Of a stretch of 64,000 nucleotides of DNA, positions 11,220 to 24,644 are shown one piece after another (the stretch's first letter is position 1; each line of letters begins with the position of its first letter). Under the pieces are notes generated by a model. The model was not told the DNA's origin. It worked only from the letters and a program-made list of their open reading frames with translations, and ran no database searches. Source of the DNA: Felis catus (Eukaryota); assembly GCF_018350175.1 (NCBI RefSeq), contig NC_058385.1, positions 11,470,001 through 11,534,000 of the forward strand, read 5' to 3'. The position numbers and the translations under genes are program-made.

Positions 11220-14200
11220 AAGCATTTGTAATAGACATATAGGCAAACCCCGTATGGAAAAAGTTGTATAGTTTTATTCACAGACACAAAAGAATTGAAA
11301 CAGAAATGGAAAAATTTGGGTAGACAAGTCCATTATCTTGAAGATGTTTAATTTCCCCACTTTCTTCTATCAATTCAATTCATTTATAATCAAAATGCCA
11401 ATAAGATTTTACAGAATTTGAAATACTAAATCTATTATTGTAAGGAAGAATAAAGGCATAAGAAAAACCAACATAATTTTGAAATATATTACAAAGTTAT
11501 ATTACAAAATATATTACAGAGTTATAGTAATAATAGACAGTACTAGTTAAGGGAAAAGTCCGTGAAGATCAAAAACAATTTCTTGTGCATACATGAACTT
11601 GGAATGTGATAACATTGAAATAAGTGGGGAGTATTTTTTCAATAAATGGGACAACTGGTTTTCCTACGAAACATTACAAAAATAGATCTTTATTTCATAT
11701 CATACACATTTCAAAGTAAGAATAAATTATTTTTACATTTCTAAAAGTTCACAAAATTCAACAACAGCATCTCCAGTGGTTACAGTCTACCAGACATACC
11801 TCAGACAGGAAGGGACGGACAGACCACACAGCTCAGCTCCGTTCCCCAGAAATTTATTTTTCTTTCACCACTACTCTGCTAGCCTCAGTGGGGGAGGGGG
11901 AAAGGATGATGCTTCTCCTTCACACTGGCTCAAAAAAATACACACTATTATTTTCATGACTATCTGTGTCATGACTAATGGGTTAAATAGTGTAGGAAAC
12001 TGTCCAGGGAGACAGTAGGGAGAAAATGAAGCCGGTGTTGTAATCGAGCTGAGCCATCAGGCTCCGATCTCAGATGCCCTCATATTCCCACCTACTAAGC
12101 TGCCTACTGACACTTCTGCTTTCCCTCTGGTTCAGTGGGAAAAGAGGCCCTGCCACAGTGCAGTCCAACCCATCCGGTTGTGTTTAAGTCCTAATCTCCT
12201 CCAACTTTCTTAAGGAACTTCAGAAAATTTAGCTTTTCTGTAGCTTGCTGTATTGGGCCAGGGTGGGGAGGGCCAGAGGTGGGGAGGGCCAGAGGTGGAG
12301 GTGAGGCTACTCTGTTCCTGATGAGATGGCAACACGTTAGCTCCTTCAACGTGCACCACACATCCACAAGGAAATCTGGGAAGACAGGGCAAGGTTCTTG
12401 TTGCTACCTCATTTTCACTAAAAAAAAAAAAAAAAAAAGTGAATTGTGTTTTGTTTTGTTTTAACCTACATAAAGAGAATTTTTTCCAACTTATCCTTTA
12501 CTGAATACTAAAAGCAGGATCATGCCAGAAGTACACGAATTTCAAACTGATCTGTAAATATTGCTATCATAATCATGTCCACTTGTAGGTATTAACTAAC
12601 TGTAGCTGCTTCCTCGCGGCCCAGACGTTACAAAAAAAGCCTAGGGAGCCAGCGTGCCCTCCAGGGCTGTCCTGACAAAGCACACAGCACGGCTTAATCT
12701 AAGTCACGGGTACTTTAAAAAAGAGCTTTCTCCCTTCTTTTTCCCAAAGAGGAATCTAGTAGCATTTCTTACAGTTAATTATCTGTTCTCCTCTTTTTAA
12801 TTGGAAAGAGGCTTTCAAGTGACTCATAACAAAAATTTGACCTCAGTAAAAACAGAAAGCTAGGGCAATTGTTAAACAGTGTGGTTTTTTGAACAGTTAA
12901 TACTATTTTCATCCTTATAAAATTCCAACTCTGTCAAACAAGGAAGGTGATATAAGCCAAGAAATACATATCCTACCACTTTCACTTTTATGATTTTGGA
13001 AACCATTAAATAACTGAAGAAAAAAAAGAAAAGATGAAATGCAGCCAAGTAAGAGAGAGAATGGGACTCTGTGTCTTTAAGCGAGGCAGAAAAATAAAAC
13101 CCAATCATGCCAAATGTATTGCTTTAGTCATCTGGTTTCATTCTATTAATGACCTTTAACATCTGCAAAAATATTGTGAAAAGCTAATTTTGTTTGTACT
13201 GAGGTGGTGCAGAACAGTTTCTGGCTGTCACTNNNNNNNNNNNNNNNNNNNNNNNNNNNNNNNNNNNNNNNNNNNNNNNNNNNNNNNNNNNNNNNNNNNN
13301 NNNNNNNNNNNNNNNNNNNNNNNNNNNNNNNNNNNNNNNNNNNNNNNNNNNNNNNNNNNNNNNNGAATAGTACTTACACATTTGTGTATGTGTGTATTAG
13401 AAATACACATACTCCTATCTCCCAAGATTAAAGATTTTTTAATAACATTTTATGACACTCAACAAAAATTCTAAGCAGCGAACCTATTTCTCGATAAACG
13501 TTATGCTATTAAAATATGAGAAAGCGTTATTCAACATAATATGTTTTGATTTACTGCAGGAGCTCTTAGAAGGGCGAAATGGACTCATTTCCTCGGTTTG
13601 ACAAGCCTTATGTTTCTATTACTTAAATAAGAATCTTTGTAAAGAGGTAGTGTCATCAGGGTTAATGTATTGACTTTATATCCTTAGAGGCCAAGGTTAA
13701 AAATATGCCAAAGAGCCATCAAAAAGAATAAATCTAGTCATGCTGGCCTTGTCCTTATATCCTCATTCTCAACTACACTATCCAATTTTGTGAATGATTT
13801 GTGGACCCTGCCTAGAAGTGTCTGGGCCTCAAGAATGTAGAGCTTTCATGGGTCAGGAGTTTGATGAGCACAGTAGGCCCAGCTCAGGGACCATAGAATA
13901 GTGTATGTCAACGCTGGGAGAGGACTTGAAACCATGTAGCCAAGGCTCCAGCCTGATAATTAAGTCCTTCTGACCACATACATGCATGCCCTGAGGCCAC
14001 ACACACACGGATGCTTGATAACTTCTAATACAAGGGAATTCACTACCTTTTAAGGCGGCATGCTATCTTGAGAAAGCCGTCAGAAAGTTTTCAAAACATT
14101 AAGCTGAGACATTTCTTCTGGAAGATCTCCCTTGGGACAACAGACAATCCCCTGCTTCATCATCATCATCCTTTGTGTTTGAAAACAGGTCAAATTTGTC

Positions 14201-16379
14201 TGGTTCCATTAACATGTGGCCTATGGCCTCACTTAAGATCCACTCATTATCAGAGATTTTTCAGCCAGTTACACATAGATGAGTGTGGACTAAGAGATAA
14301 ATAGATGGTAAGTGGACATGCAGGTATAGACATCCTGAAAAATGATCACTGAGTCAGAAGACTATCACTTTCCTTGACTAGGGCATCAACATCTTGGTAA
14401 TATTCAGTACCAATTGGCAGATACGTCACAGCATTTACCCCTACTGAGTCGACCAGCCAAAACCACTAAGCCTTTTACAGTAAGTCCCTAAACTTATCTC
14501 CTGAATCTGCGATGACGATTTTCAGGACCTAGCTCAGAACTTCACATCATGTGTTTGAAGTTTGATATTATTCCGTTGGACCGGTCATCCCAGGAGGTTG
14601 TATCTTATACAGAACTGCAAGGAAAAATACTCAACCTTTCCGGCCATTCGATCCTCGACATCACCCAACACCCTGTCAAGAGCACCCAAGGATGGGGAAG
14701 GAACCCACACTTACCCAGTGGTAATTACATGAGAGTTTCCCCCCCTCCCCCGTTGTCTTTACCCTGTTTTATTTTGGCCTCCTAACTGTAGTCATAATAT
14801 AGGAAGTTTCAAAGTTGCACTGAGTGGTACCAAATAAATACCTGAGAGGTAGACTTCTCTGTATGGGCGGGGAGAGGCAAAGCCCTACAAGCAATCTTCA
14901 AGTCAGCTGACATGGTTTCGAGATGAATAAAGCTTTATTTTAACCTTTCCTTTCTGGTCACCTATTCTCACTCCCCTCAGTAATCATACCCCAACATTTT
15001 TGCAACAGCACAATGAATGGACTTGAGAGTGATGTATTTTCTTTTCATCTCCAAATATGTACAGTTTCATAATGGGCCATCTGTCATTTTGCTATTCCAT
15101 GTAGACAACAATGCCCTAAAGTTTTGTTGTCATAGCAACCACACCAAAGTATCCAAAGCAAACTCTGTAGTCTTTCCTACTCTCAGATTCCACGCAACAT
15201 AGGGAGGGGGTGGGGGCTAAAATTTCGGAAAATTTAAGTTCCTAGCATTTGTTACCTGTTCACAATTAATGCTCAACCTAGTGCACCTCAAACCTCAATG
15301 AACTAGATTATAACATTTTTTTTTTTTTAAGGAGGAGCAAAACTGTCTTCTGTAAGCTGTGATTTATTGCATTTCAGGTTAGTTTTGTTAGAGACAAGTT
15401 AAGTCTTGGTTTGAATTCTGGAGAGATACATGTAGCAATCAAACCTTCCTTTTCACTTTGCTGAAGACCAATTTTAGAGGAGGCAAGAAAAAATTCAGCT
15501 CATTGTTCATATTCTTGTCTCCCATCTCATAGCATCCAGAGTGCCTGTGCCACATTATAGCAGGATAAAGGAACCGCGAGTGGCTTCTGTGAAGAAGGGG
15601 GAGGGGGGGAGCACAGTTTTTAATCTTGATTTACTTTATTTCTTTTTTTCAGAGACTATCTTTTACTTATCTTTAACTTCTTTCCTGTCCCATAGGCATG
15701 AAAATGATTCATTTTCTTTCCCTTTCATTTGCAATCTTTAACAGCTTTCCCAGAAGGGGTGTCTGCATGGCACCGTGTGATACTGTTTCATAGGGAAATA
15801 AGTTGAGTCTCCTTGCTCTTCTTTCTAATGTCTTTCAAGCATTTTTTAATCATTTTTCTTCTTATTTCTTAAAAAATTAAGAAACTGAAAGTCGCCCAAG
15901 TAGGAGGAGGAAAGGAAACAAGGTGTAAGGATATTACAGGCCATCGCAGAAATGTGGTCAAGGAATACAAGGAGGGGGGCTGTAGGAGTGAAGAGAAAGC
16001 CACTGATTGCAGAAAATACCTTAGGGTAAGCATTCATGCAACAAGATGGCGGGCACTGTTGTTTGCTGTGGAAGGAACACAAAAATGGGTACAATACTAT
16101 CCTGACAACTGAGGGTGTGGGAAGTGGACTCTTTCAGAGGCAGGGATGAAATAGATACAACTATCTGATAGGGTAATTTGGCAGTATATATTTTTTGAAA
16201 TGTAAATACTTTTATTTCATTTTTATTATACTTGCAATACATACTCATGATTCATGACTCATGTTGAAAAAGAAAGAAAATATATTTAAAAAATATTCAT
16301 AGTCTCACCACCTAAAGACAATCACTCTTAATTTTGGCATGCACTTTTCTAGATTTTCTCAGCTATGTAATAACATAGC

Positions 16380-16570
16380 TGTTTTATATATTTAATATAT
16401 ATATATATATAATGTCTATTTAGATATAGCATCTATGTAAAAGCTTATATATATTTATGTGTACATATAAATTGATATATATTCATATATATTTATATAA
16501 ATATTATATGTATGTGTGTGTGTATATATATAGCCAAAAACATGTTTTATATACATATATATATGTGTAT
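16380..16570. repeat. Degenerate (TA)n/(TG)n low-complexity tract
   Basis: Read directly from the sequence; lies in an L1ME-like background. Confidence 0.85.
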
Positions 16571-18139
16571 AAAATAAAATTCTGGATTGTCTCCCTTAAT
16601 ATGATGACACAATACTTTCTACATTAGCACAGATGTATAAACATCATTTTTAAAAATTGTGTGACTGTCTATAACGTGGTTATACCCTAATTAATATCCT
16701 CTAAACCAGATGCTAAACCTTAAAAAAAATGGTATCCACTAGCTTTTCCACTTTTGAATTCTTTTCTTAAAATATATTCACCAAGTGGAATTAAGATTTC
16801 CAGGATAAATAAATTGTATCAAAATCAGTGGGTACCAATTTACATTTCATACCAGCTTTTTATAATACTTTTTGGCATTCTGTTTTTCTTGTCCTGTGGC
16901 TGACGTATGATTTACTGAGTATTAGAACCACATGCCCAGGTAAATCCTTCCGGGTCTTCTAGAGTCTGCATTTTTTTTTTTGTACTCTTTGTCTCAAGTC
17001 ACATCTACCTTAATTTTATTCCTTCCTACCACCTTTCTCAATCAGTTCACTAAAAGAGTGAAATGCTCCCAATGTTTTTCATCTTCTAGGGATTTCATTA
17101 ACATCTTGTGAATGTTCCTTCAAGTTTGATTGAACAAGGGCGATTTTCCTCCGGACAACTGATAGAGTTCGAATATGCTGGATCCGGTATTATTTTAGAT
17201 TAATTTAATCTTCATGCTTTCAATGTTCAGCCCCTGATCTATTTCCTCTGATGGTCTGCTATAACAATCCAGACTTCTTAATAAAGATGTATCCCCTGCA
17301 GTGAAGGCGTGCTTAATAAATAATAAAAATGATGTTGTCCTTTTCCAGATGAACATCCTTCTGCAGAACATGGCAATCCCACTCTATCTTAAGCTCATCT
17401 GAGTAATTAAGAAAATCCTCAGGTTCTGCTATGGTATCAAAAGTGTGCCGGAACATCTAGTTCTCCTGGATGCTTTTCTGGATACTCCTGTGGTTTACTT
17501 TTCATGCATACCCTGTGAGTTTCATGCAATCCTCTACTGTTTTCTGACACCACAGCATACACAGTGAGGTCCAGCACCCAAGGTCCTTGGATCCCAGAGA
17601 TGACTGTGGCTTTCCCCTCTTCTTGTGGCCAACTATCTGCCATAGAGAGTCCTCTTTGTGCTACTTGTGCCGTGAATGCTTCAAGAGTCACTTTACTAAA
17701 ATAGACGGAAAAATATTCTCGGCCCAATAACATCACAGTCTGCAGCCTGAGGCACAAAATCATGTTGACATTTGCCTTCAGTATATTTTAGAGATTTTCT
17801 TGACACACTCCTATTATTTTTATAAGCTATTAAATGGAACTCATTTATCCCACGTCTTAGGTAGAAACCTTGGGGGTCTGGACTGAAGGATCATTTGAGA
17901 AAAAGCATACTTAAAAATCGCCTCCTTGACTTTCACCACCCATCAGTATATTCCTTGCCTTGAATCCCCTAGAATCCTCATAAAAATCAGTCCTTGAGTT
18001 GCTGATCCCACATCCCTCTAAATAAGCCTGGTAGTGTGTCTGATCCCATAACATGCACAGTTGGGGGTCTGCTTGTAGACACCCACTGCATAAAGCATTT
18101 ATACATAAGGAAATCTGTGCAATCCAGAAATGCAATACT

Positions 18140-18310
18140 GAAAGCTAATTTGTATGGAATGCTTGAATGCTTCATCTGCACAAAGGGAAGACATGCAGCT
18201 TAGACATGTTAGTCAACTTGTCCAAAGGGAATGACAAAACTAGGATTCAAACTGAGATCTGTTGACTCTGGAGGCTATGCTATTAACCTCCACACTGCTC
18301 TTGACATGCG
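18140..18310 (-). mobile_element. MIR SINE
   Basis: agtcaacttgtccaaagggaatgacaaaactaggattcaaactgagatctgttgactctggaggctatgct. Confidence 0.65.
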
Positions 18311-20966
18311 CTAAAGAAGAATATTATGAGGAGTTCAAAAGAATGAGATATTGGTCATTCTCAGGGTAGTGGTCTATTGAGGAAGTATAACTGAACTTGG
18401 CCCTTGAAGGAGGAGTAGAGTGCTAAAATATGGAGACTTGGAGACGTATGTAGGCTTAGAGAGGATTCAGATTAAAATCCTGAAAAAGAAGGATTCTAAG
18501 GGATTATCTAGGAGATGTTAAAGGAACTAAGAACTTTAGGTTTGTGAACAGGAAGTTAAGACAATCATGTTACCATGATATTCTTTCATGAAGGGTACTT
18601 CCCCAGAAGGCGGAAAACAACAAAGCTTGTAAGCTAACACATTAGAGATTTTAACCTTTAAAAATGATGAAACAGAGTGATAAAGTAACAGAATGTTTTG
18701 CCAGTAAAGACAGACATATCGTCTTGAAGGGTTTAAAGGGAACAGGCATTCTCTAATTCCCCATGGAGACCTGGAAAAGTTCCTCAGTGTGGGGTTATCC
18801 AAGACCAAGAGTGCAAGTCTCCCATTCAGACAGACTGAACTTCCTCTTTAGAGGGGGAGATGTAAAACAGGACAGTCTGTTCTAAAAGGGTGTTTGCAGT
18901 TCATGCATTTGACGTTCATGCACCTGAAGCCTTCAAGTGATACAAGTGGTGTGTGTTAGTGTATGTACATAAGCTTGTCTATATGCTTTCATGCTTGTAT
19001 ACATGTGTTTATGTAGGTGTGCATGCAATTGAAAACATCATAAGTTACTCTTTTTACAGCACTTTACATTGATAGCACGGTTTAAAATGATAGAAACCAC
19101 ATAGGTAGCATTACTCAGTCTTTCTTTGGAAAAGGCATGTCTCTCCTTGGAAATCTATGACTGAGGTAGGGAATCATGAGCAATATAAGATACCAGTTAA
19201 CCTTTATACCTAGCTCTGCATTCTAAACCAGAAAAATAAAGGCTGCTGAACACATTCATCTCACTGCCTCAATTACGTGAAGTGGATAATCAGCTTAGCA
19301 CTGTAAGGAAGATACTGAATATGTGTTGATTTTTCTTTGGTATTGATTGCTGTGCTTTGACATACTGTTCTCGTTATTATGCTCCGAGGCACCACCTGGC
19401 ATCATTGTCTGTCTTTCCTCATGCGTCACGTGATCATCCTTTTTGCAGTTGTTTCTTCATTGTATGTAGTTTCCAATGCACATGCCTAGAGTTTAAGACC
19501 CGGCTTATTGGTTTAAGTGACAACGGTTTATACTTTAAAGTCCTGTTTGATGAAAACTATACAGTTTTCGACAGATATCTCTGAAATTCACTGGCAGATT
19601 TTTCTAGAGTGTATTTTCTTTTCTTGTTTCTCTCAAGAAAAATGCCTTTTCTCATTTTAGAAAACACTTCCATTTCTGAATAGGTCATGGTCCAAATGTA
19701 AGTTGCAAATGCACCACGGTACACATTCTTCGCATAAATACCTTAATGTGAACAACCAAAACCTGTGTACATGTTTATTGAATAGCAACTATCGTGAGAA
19801 TTATTACCATCAGCTTCCACAAAGAAGCATATGCTTAAATAGGTCACTTGTCTCTGCCTACGCACCTGTCTACCTGGCATCAGGCAGGCCGTATGTGTCC
19901 CCCTCCTCCCAATAATCAGCAAAACTTGTTCCCTGCACTTGGGGCACCTGAGGTCCAGGCATCTGAATCAGTCCAGCACCTGAATTGTTCCAAAAGAGAA
20001 CTCTCTAAAAACCTTGCAGTTGTCCTTGTAAGCAGTGCCCATCAAGTCAAAATGCTGCCAGAAATCTGTCCCAACCAACTCCCTAACCTTTAATGTGTAA
20101 GTATAGGAGCATATCAGCCTTGTATGTTTCCATGGTTCACAGTTTGCCAAAAGATGAACTGTGTTGACTACCCATAACCTATTAGTCTGAGAAAGTCCAT
20201 CAGTCCAACCCCACCAGGGCCTGAGACCTAGTATTTTTTGGGCTGTGAGCCAGTAAGAGCCGAGCTCCTGAGCATTCCCAAAGCCCCAATCCCCACCCTT
20301 ACTAAGTTTGTGCCTCCTTGTCTGCTATCGAATATGCTTGGGACTGAGCTTCTGAACACCACCGTGAGCACAGACTTTCCATCCCCCACCCCAACATACC
20401 CATGTAACATCTCTCGCAATTCTCCCGATCCTTTGTAACTTGCTGTGTTCTTGCTCCCTGGACAGAACCACTGCACTGCCCTGGCTTAGTCACCACATCC
20501 CACAATTCTTCTGTGACAAACCACATAGCCAAATGGCTAATGATGAGTCCCCTGCTTGCCCACGAGAACTAGCAATTCAGCTTATAGCAGACGCTCTTAT
20601 ATGGAAGTTGGTCTTTAGAAATTCCTCAACCAGAAAATGTCACAATTGCTTCTTCATAGGGAAACTAGAGCCTGCCCTCCCTGGAGATGTGAACTTTACT
20701 TTGGAACTGAAAAAAATGCCCACCTTAAAAATGGAAGCTGCAAAGATGAATTACAGCCGAGGAAACAACGCTGTGCCTTCTAAACCATGAGAAATGCACT
20801 AGTTGTTGACATATTTAGTCTCAAATGGAGATACTTAAGAAAGGACCATCACTGGGGGCTGTATACTCAGCACAGTCATGCTTATTATCATATGCCTTCT
20901 TCCAACATGAAGTGGCCCTCTGACTTCTCTAGAAAAGTAAGTTGTCCATGCTAAGGAAGAAGCTAG

Positions 20967-21191
20967 GTTTTTTTTTTTAATTTCTTTTTTAACGTTTATT
21001 TATTTTTGAGATAGAGAGAGACAGAGCATGAACAGGGGAGGGGCAGAGAGAGAGGGAGACACAGATCTGAAACAGGCTCCAGCTCTGAGCTGTCAGCACA
21101 GAGCCCGACGCGGGGCTCCAACTCACGGATCGTGAGGTCATGACCTGAGCCGAGGTTGGACACTTACCCGACTGAGCCACCCAGGCGCCCC
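20967..21191 (-). mobile_element. CanSINE
   Basis: Perfect TSD aaggaagaagctag at 20953-20966 and 21192-21205. Confidence 0.97.
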
Positions 21192-22239
21192 AAGGAAGAA
21201 GCTAGTTTTAAAGAAAGAGTTTTCACATTAGACATCTCTTCCCACAAAACATACACACACAATTGTTTCGATTGTCTTAGGAATTGGCCAGGACAATAAG
21301 ATTTAGAATTTCAAGTAAGCCAATGCTCTTAGTTCATCAGTTGATGTCTAAGACCAGCAAAACCGGTGAATTGACCAACTTCTGTTTTCACTTTAAAATG
21401 TTTTTTGGCAACGTGGGGATTTGTAGACATTTATCATTTTTCTTCTCTGAGATAACACAGAAGTCGATATTTTGGGTGTTCAGGACTCTTAGCCTCTCCA
21501 CAAGGAAAGGTTTCCATCCAATCTCTAACTACTGGACAAGCAATGAGGAGGGTAAATTTTCATCGAAGGCCCGATCTTGAACAGTGGGAAGGTGAGACAT
21601 TCCAAATTGTTGGTGTTCATTTGGTGCCTGCAGTGGACCAAGAGCTAGAAACTTGGGTTACAAGCTGCCTTGCAAAAATATACAAAGAGAATAGAAGGTA
21701 GTGAAAAGGTTGTTGCAACAGGCTTCCTCTCTTTTGCCTTCTCTCCTCAAAGCATATCTGTTACGGAAGTAGGTCTTTGGGTTTCCATGTAGCTCGGACC
21801 CAGATTCTGCCTCCCCCTTTCCCATCAAATTGCCAAGGCACCAGGGCAGAGATTCACTGAGGTCAGCGTCGGGCTTTTGCCAACGATGGACCGTGTGTGT
21901 TATCATATCAGTGCAGTGAGCCGCAGGGGAGGGGGAGGGATACAGGAAGTCAGACTTTGATATTTCTTTCTGCTGGAACCTACTGTCAGATATCAAGTCA
22001 CTATCGATACTATTCATATTGCTGAAAACAAAACCATCTTCAGGTTTTATCACTGACATCTCTTCAACCAGTCTTCCTTCTACTCTCGAATCAGTGTCAA
22101 CATGCAGAGTTAAAACCTGCCCAGCCCCAATTAAAAGCCTTCTTACGCTTGGTCTGGTAGCACTGATTTGTTTCCTCTTTTTTTCTCCCTACCTCCACGT
22201 TTTCCTCAGATTCAAGAGACAAGTTCATTTCCCGGTTAG

Positions 22240-22400
22240 GTCTCTTGTTAGTCGTGTGAACTTGAGCAAACCACCTCTTTTCTCCAAGTTCGTTTTCAGA
22301 TGAGAAAAATGGGAGGAAATAATGCTTGTTTCACAAAGTTGTGAAGAAAATCAGATAAGATATTCCTACGTGAAAGTTCTTTGATGAAAGATACAGAGTG
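22240..22400 (+). mobile_element. MIR SINE
   Basis: gtgtgaacttgagcaaaccacctc...ttttcagatgagaaaaatgggaggaaataatgcttgtttcacaaagttgtgaaga. Confidence 0.7.
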
Positions 22401-24462
22401 CGTAAACACTTTCCACAATTGGGGCTGCTCCCTCAACATGTCAGAACCTTCGCTCTTGTCCGGCATCAAAATACTCCTAATAAGTCTCATCTTTAATAAA
22501 ATTCATAGGACTTATATTTGTTCCCAATACATAAAAGCTGCCTATTGGTATGCACAACGGGAGGCCAAGTAGCTACTTTTCCTACGGCCAGATATTTTTA
22601 AACTTCCTATTTATTTTTACAAAGCAAGTGTGTGTCTCAGAATCAAAATCAACATATTCAAAAGCAGTGATCGTGCCTTAGCAAGGAGAGATCCGGGTTC
22701 TATCTTAACCGGCACAAGCCTTTACTTGGATTAGTAACAGTGCAGTCGACAGATGTAAAAAATCAGAACCCACGAATTTGAAGATTATTTTTGTTGTGCT
22801 TTATCAAATGAAAGAGTGCATTTTGGAGAGTAAAGAGTCAAATCCCTCCCCTGCCTGAGCTACCATGCCAGCTCACTGCTTCNNNNNNNNNNNNNNNNNN
22901 NNNNNNNNNNNNNNNNNNNNNNNNNNNNNNNNNNNNNNNNNNNNNNNNNNNNNNNNNNNNNNNNNNNNNNNNNNNNNNNNNNNNNNNNNNNNNNNNNNNN
23001 NNNNNNNNNNNNNNNNNNNNNNNNNNNNNNNNNNNNNNNNNNNNNNNNNNNNNNNNNNNNNNNNNNNNNNNNNNNNNNNNNNNNNNNNNNNNNNNNNNNN
23101 NNNNNNNNNNNNNNNNNNNNNNNNNNNNNNNNNNNNNNNNNNNNNNNNNNNNNNNNNNNNNNNNNNNNNNNNNNNNNNNNNNNNNNNNNNNNNNNNNNNN
23201 NNNNNNNNNNNNNNNNNNNNNNNNNNNNNNNNNNNNNNNNNNNNNNNNNNNNNNNNNNNNNNNNNNNNNNNNNNNNNNNNNNNNNNNNNNNNNNNNNNNN
23301 NNNNNNNNNNNNNNNNNNNNNNNNNNNNNNNNNNNNNNNNNNNNNNNNNNNNNNNNNNNNNNNNNNNNNNNNNNNNNNNNNNTATTATAGTGAACTGCAA
23401 TGTCATAATGAAATCTTAACTAGATGCTATTATTGTAATATATATTATGTTAAGAGGAATTTACTTCAACTTGAAAAGATAATGTAAGTACTGTGTTTCC
23501 TTCAACATTGTAAGTTCAGATAAAACCATTTTACTTGGAAGAAGGTGGGGTTTTTTTTCTTTTCTAGAATTAGCATGCACACAAATGAACACCCACTACT
23601 TATGAGAATAGGCGTTGTGCTGATGTCTCTTGGTGGGAAATTCACAACAAAAAACATAATTATTGTTGTTCTTTGACAAAAAAATAATGAACCCCAGAAA
23701 GACATTTGTGGTTCTCACACAGTATATGCTTTTCAAGCCCCGGAAGTATTTGAGTTGCCCCTTCTGTCTACCTTGAAAAGAAAGGGCATTCCTAATGACA
23801 GAACCCTAGACCCAAACCTAAAGCAGCTCAGTTCCAAGGGGAGAGAGTCCATGGCGGAGCGAGGAAGGCTGAGCCAGGTGGTCATGCTTGCTGAGTCATT
23901 CAGCAGGCAGCCTTTCTTTGCTTTGCTTCCTGATAGTCCGGGTTCCTGCTGATGACTGCAAAGCAAGCATGGTAATATCAAAGGAAGGCAGCACCTGAAC
24001 ACTCTCTCGTTTTCCACCGCCTACCCACTTTCCACCCCACTCAGGGCAGTCTCTGCCCACATCAAAAAGGTTTAGCAAATCCCCGAGAGTGCTGAGGGCC
24101 ATTTCACTTCATGCTCACATGACGAAGAAAGAAGCAGGAAGTACATTTTCACCTCCGAGTACCACCCCCTTCTCTCTCCTAGCCTAGGAGAAAAGTGGTG
24201 AAAGGCAGCCTGCTTCCCGTGGCACCACATTTGCCTGCAGTCCACAGCAGTTCTGGAGAGATTAGGAACTAAGAGCCGTGAGCTGGCCACAGCATTCCTG
24301 CACTGGGCATGCACTCAGGTCGTTACCAGCACGTTTACCGCACAAAATGTTCCTCCTTGCTCGCTTTGGTTCCCTGAGTTCTCTGCGCTTCTGTGTGCAT
24401 TTTCATATTTGAACTGGCTAAATGCCCCAGATTCCATAAAACAGCCAGAACAGTTAGTCTTT

Positions 24463-24479
24463 GCCGCCAGATGGCAGTA
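24463..24479 (+). promoter_or_regulatory. Candidate CTCF binding site
   Basis: GCCGCCAGATGGCAGTA fits the CTCF core consensus CC(A/G)C(C/T)AG(A/G)(G/T)GGC(A/G)(G/C); motif match only. Confidence 0.55.
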
Positions 24480-24644
24480 TAATACCATTCAAGTATGGAA
24501 AGAGGTTTTTAAAAAATGGGCTTAAGGGACTTTGGATAAGTACTACTCAGTAAGCTATCCCCTGAAACTAGATATCATTTCCTTTGAATATTTAATACTG
24601 ATCTATTTAAGATAAAGGGATCTACAGCTATGGTAAAAGAACCC

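Larger units (their letters stand above)
8111..11760 (+). mobile_element. Ancient L1M ORF2 relic, interrupted by SINEs, a MIR and a microsatellite
   Basis: A-rich decayed endonuclease/RT-like sequence (aaagggttaaattcacctatcaaaa; tatccaggatatccactggtactcctaatattcaacattgcaccagagg); many stops. Confidence 0.8.

Noticed and set aside
8111-11760. L1 ORF2 as an active element (also 41.1-42.1 kb and 60.4-61.7 kb)
   Set aside because: Heavily decayed, truncated and interrupted; no open ORF.
13560-13601. Acceptor followed by ELLEGRNGLISSV*, resembling a terminal exon or the end of an SH3 domain
   Set aside because: Only 13 codons, no upstream partner exons, and no recognisable gene.
22865-23419. Long ORFs full of X (also near 7.9, 10.2, 13.2, 28.8, 32.0, 42.1, 53.5, 56.7 and 61.2 kb)
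   Set aside because: Artefacts of translating N-gaps.
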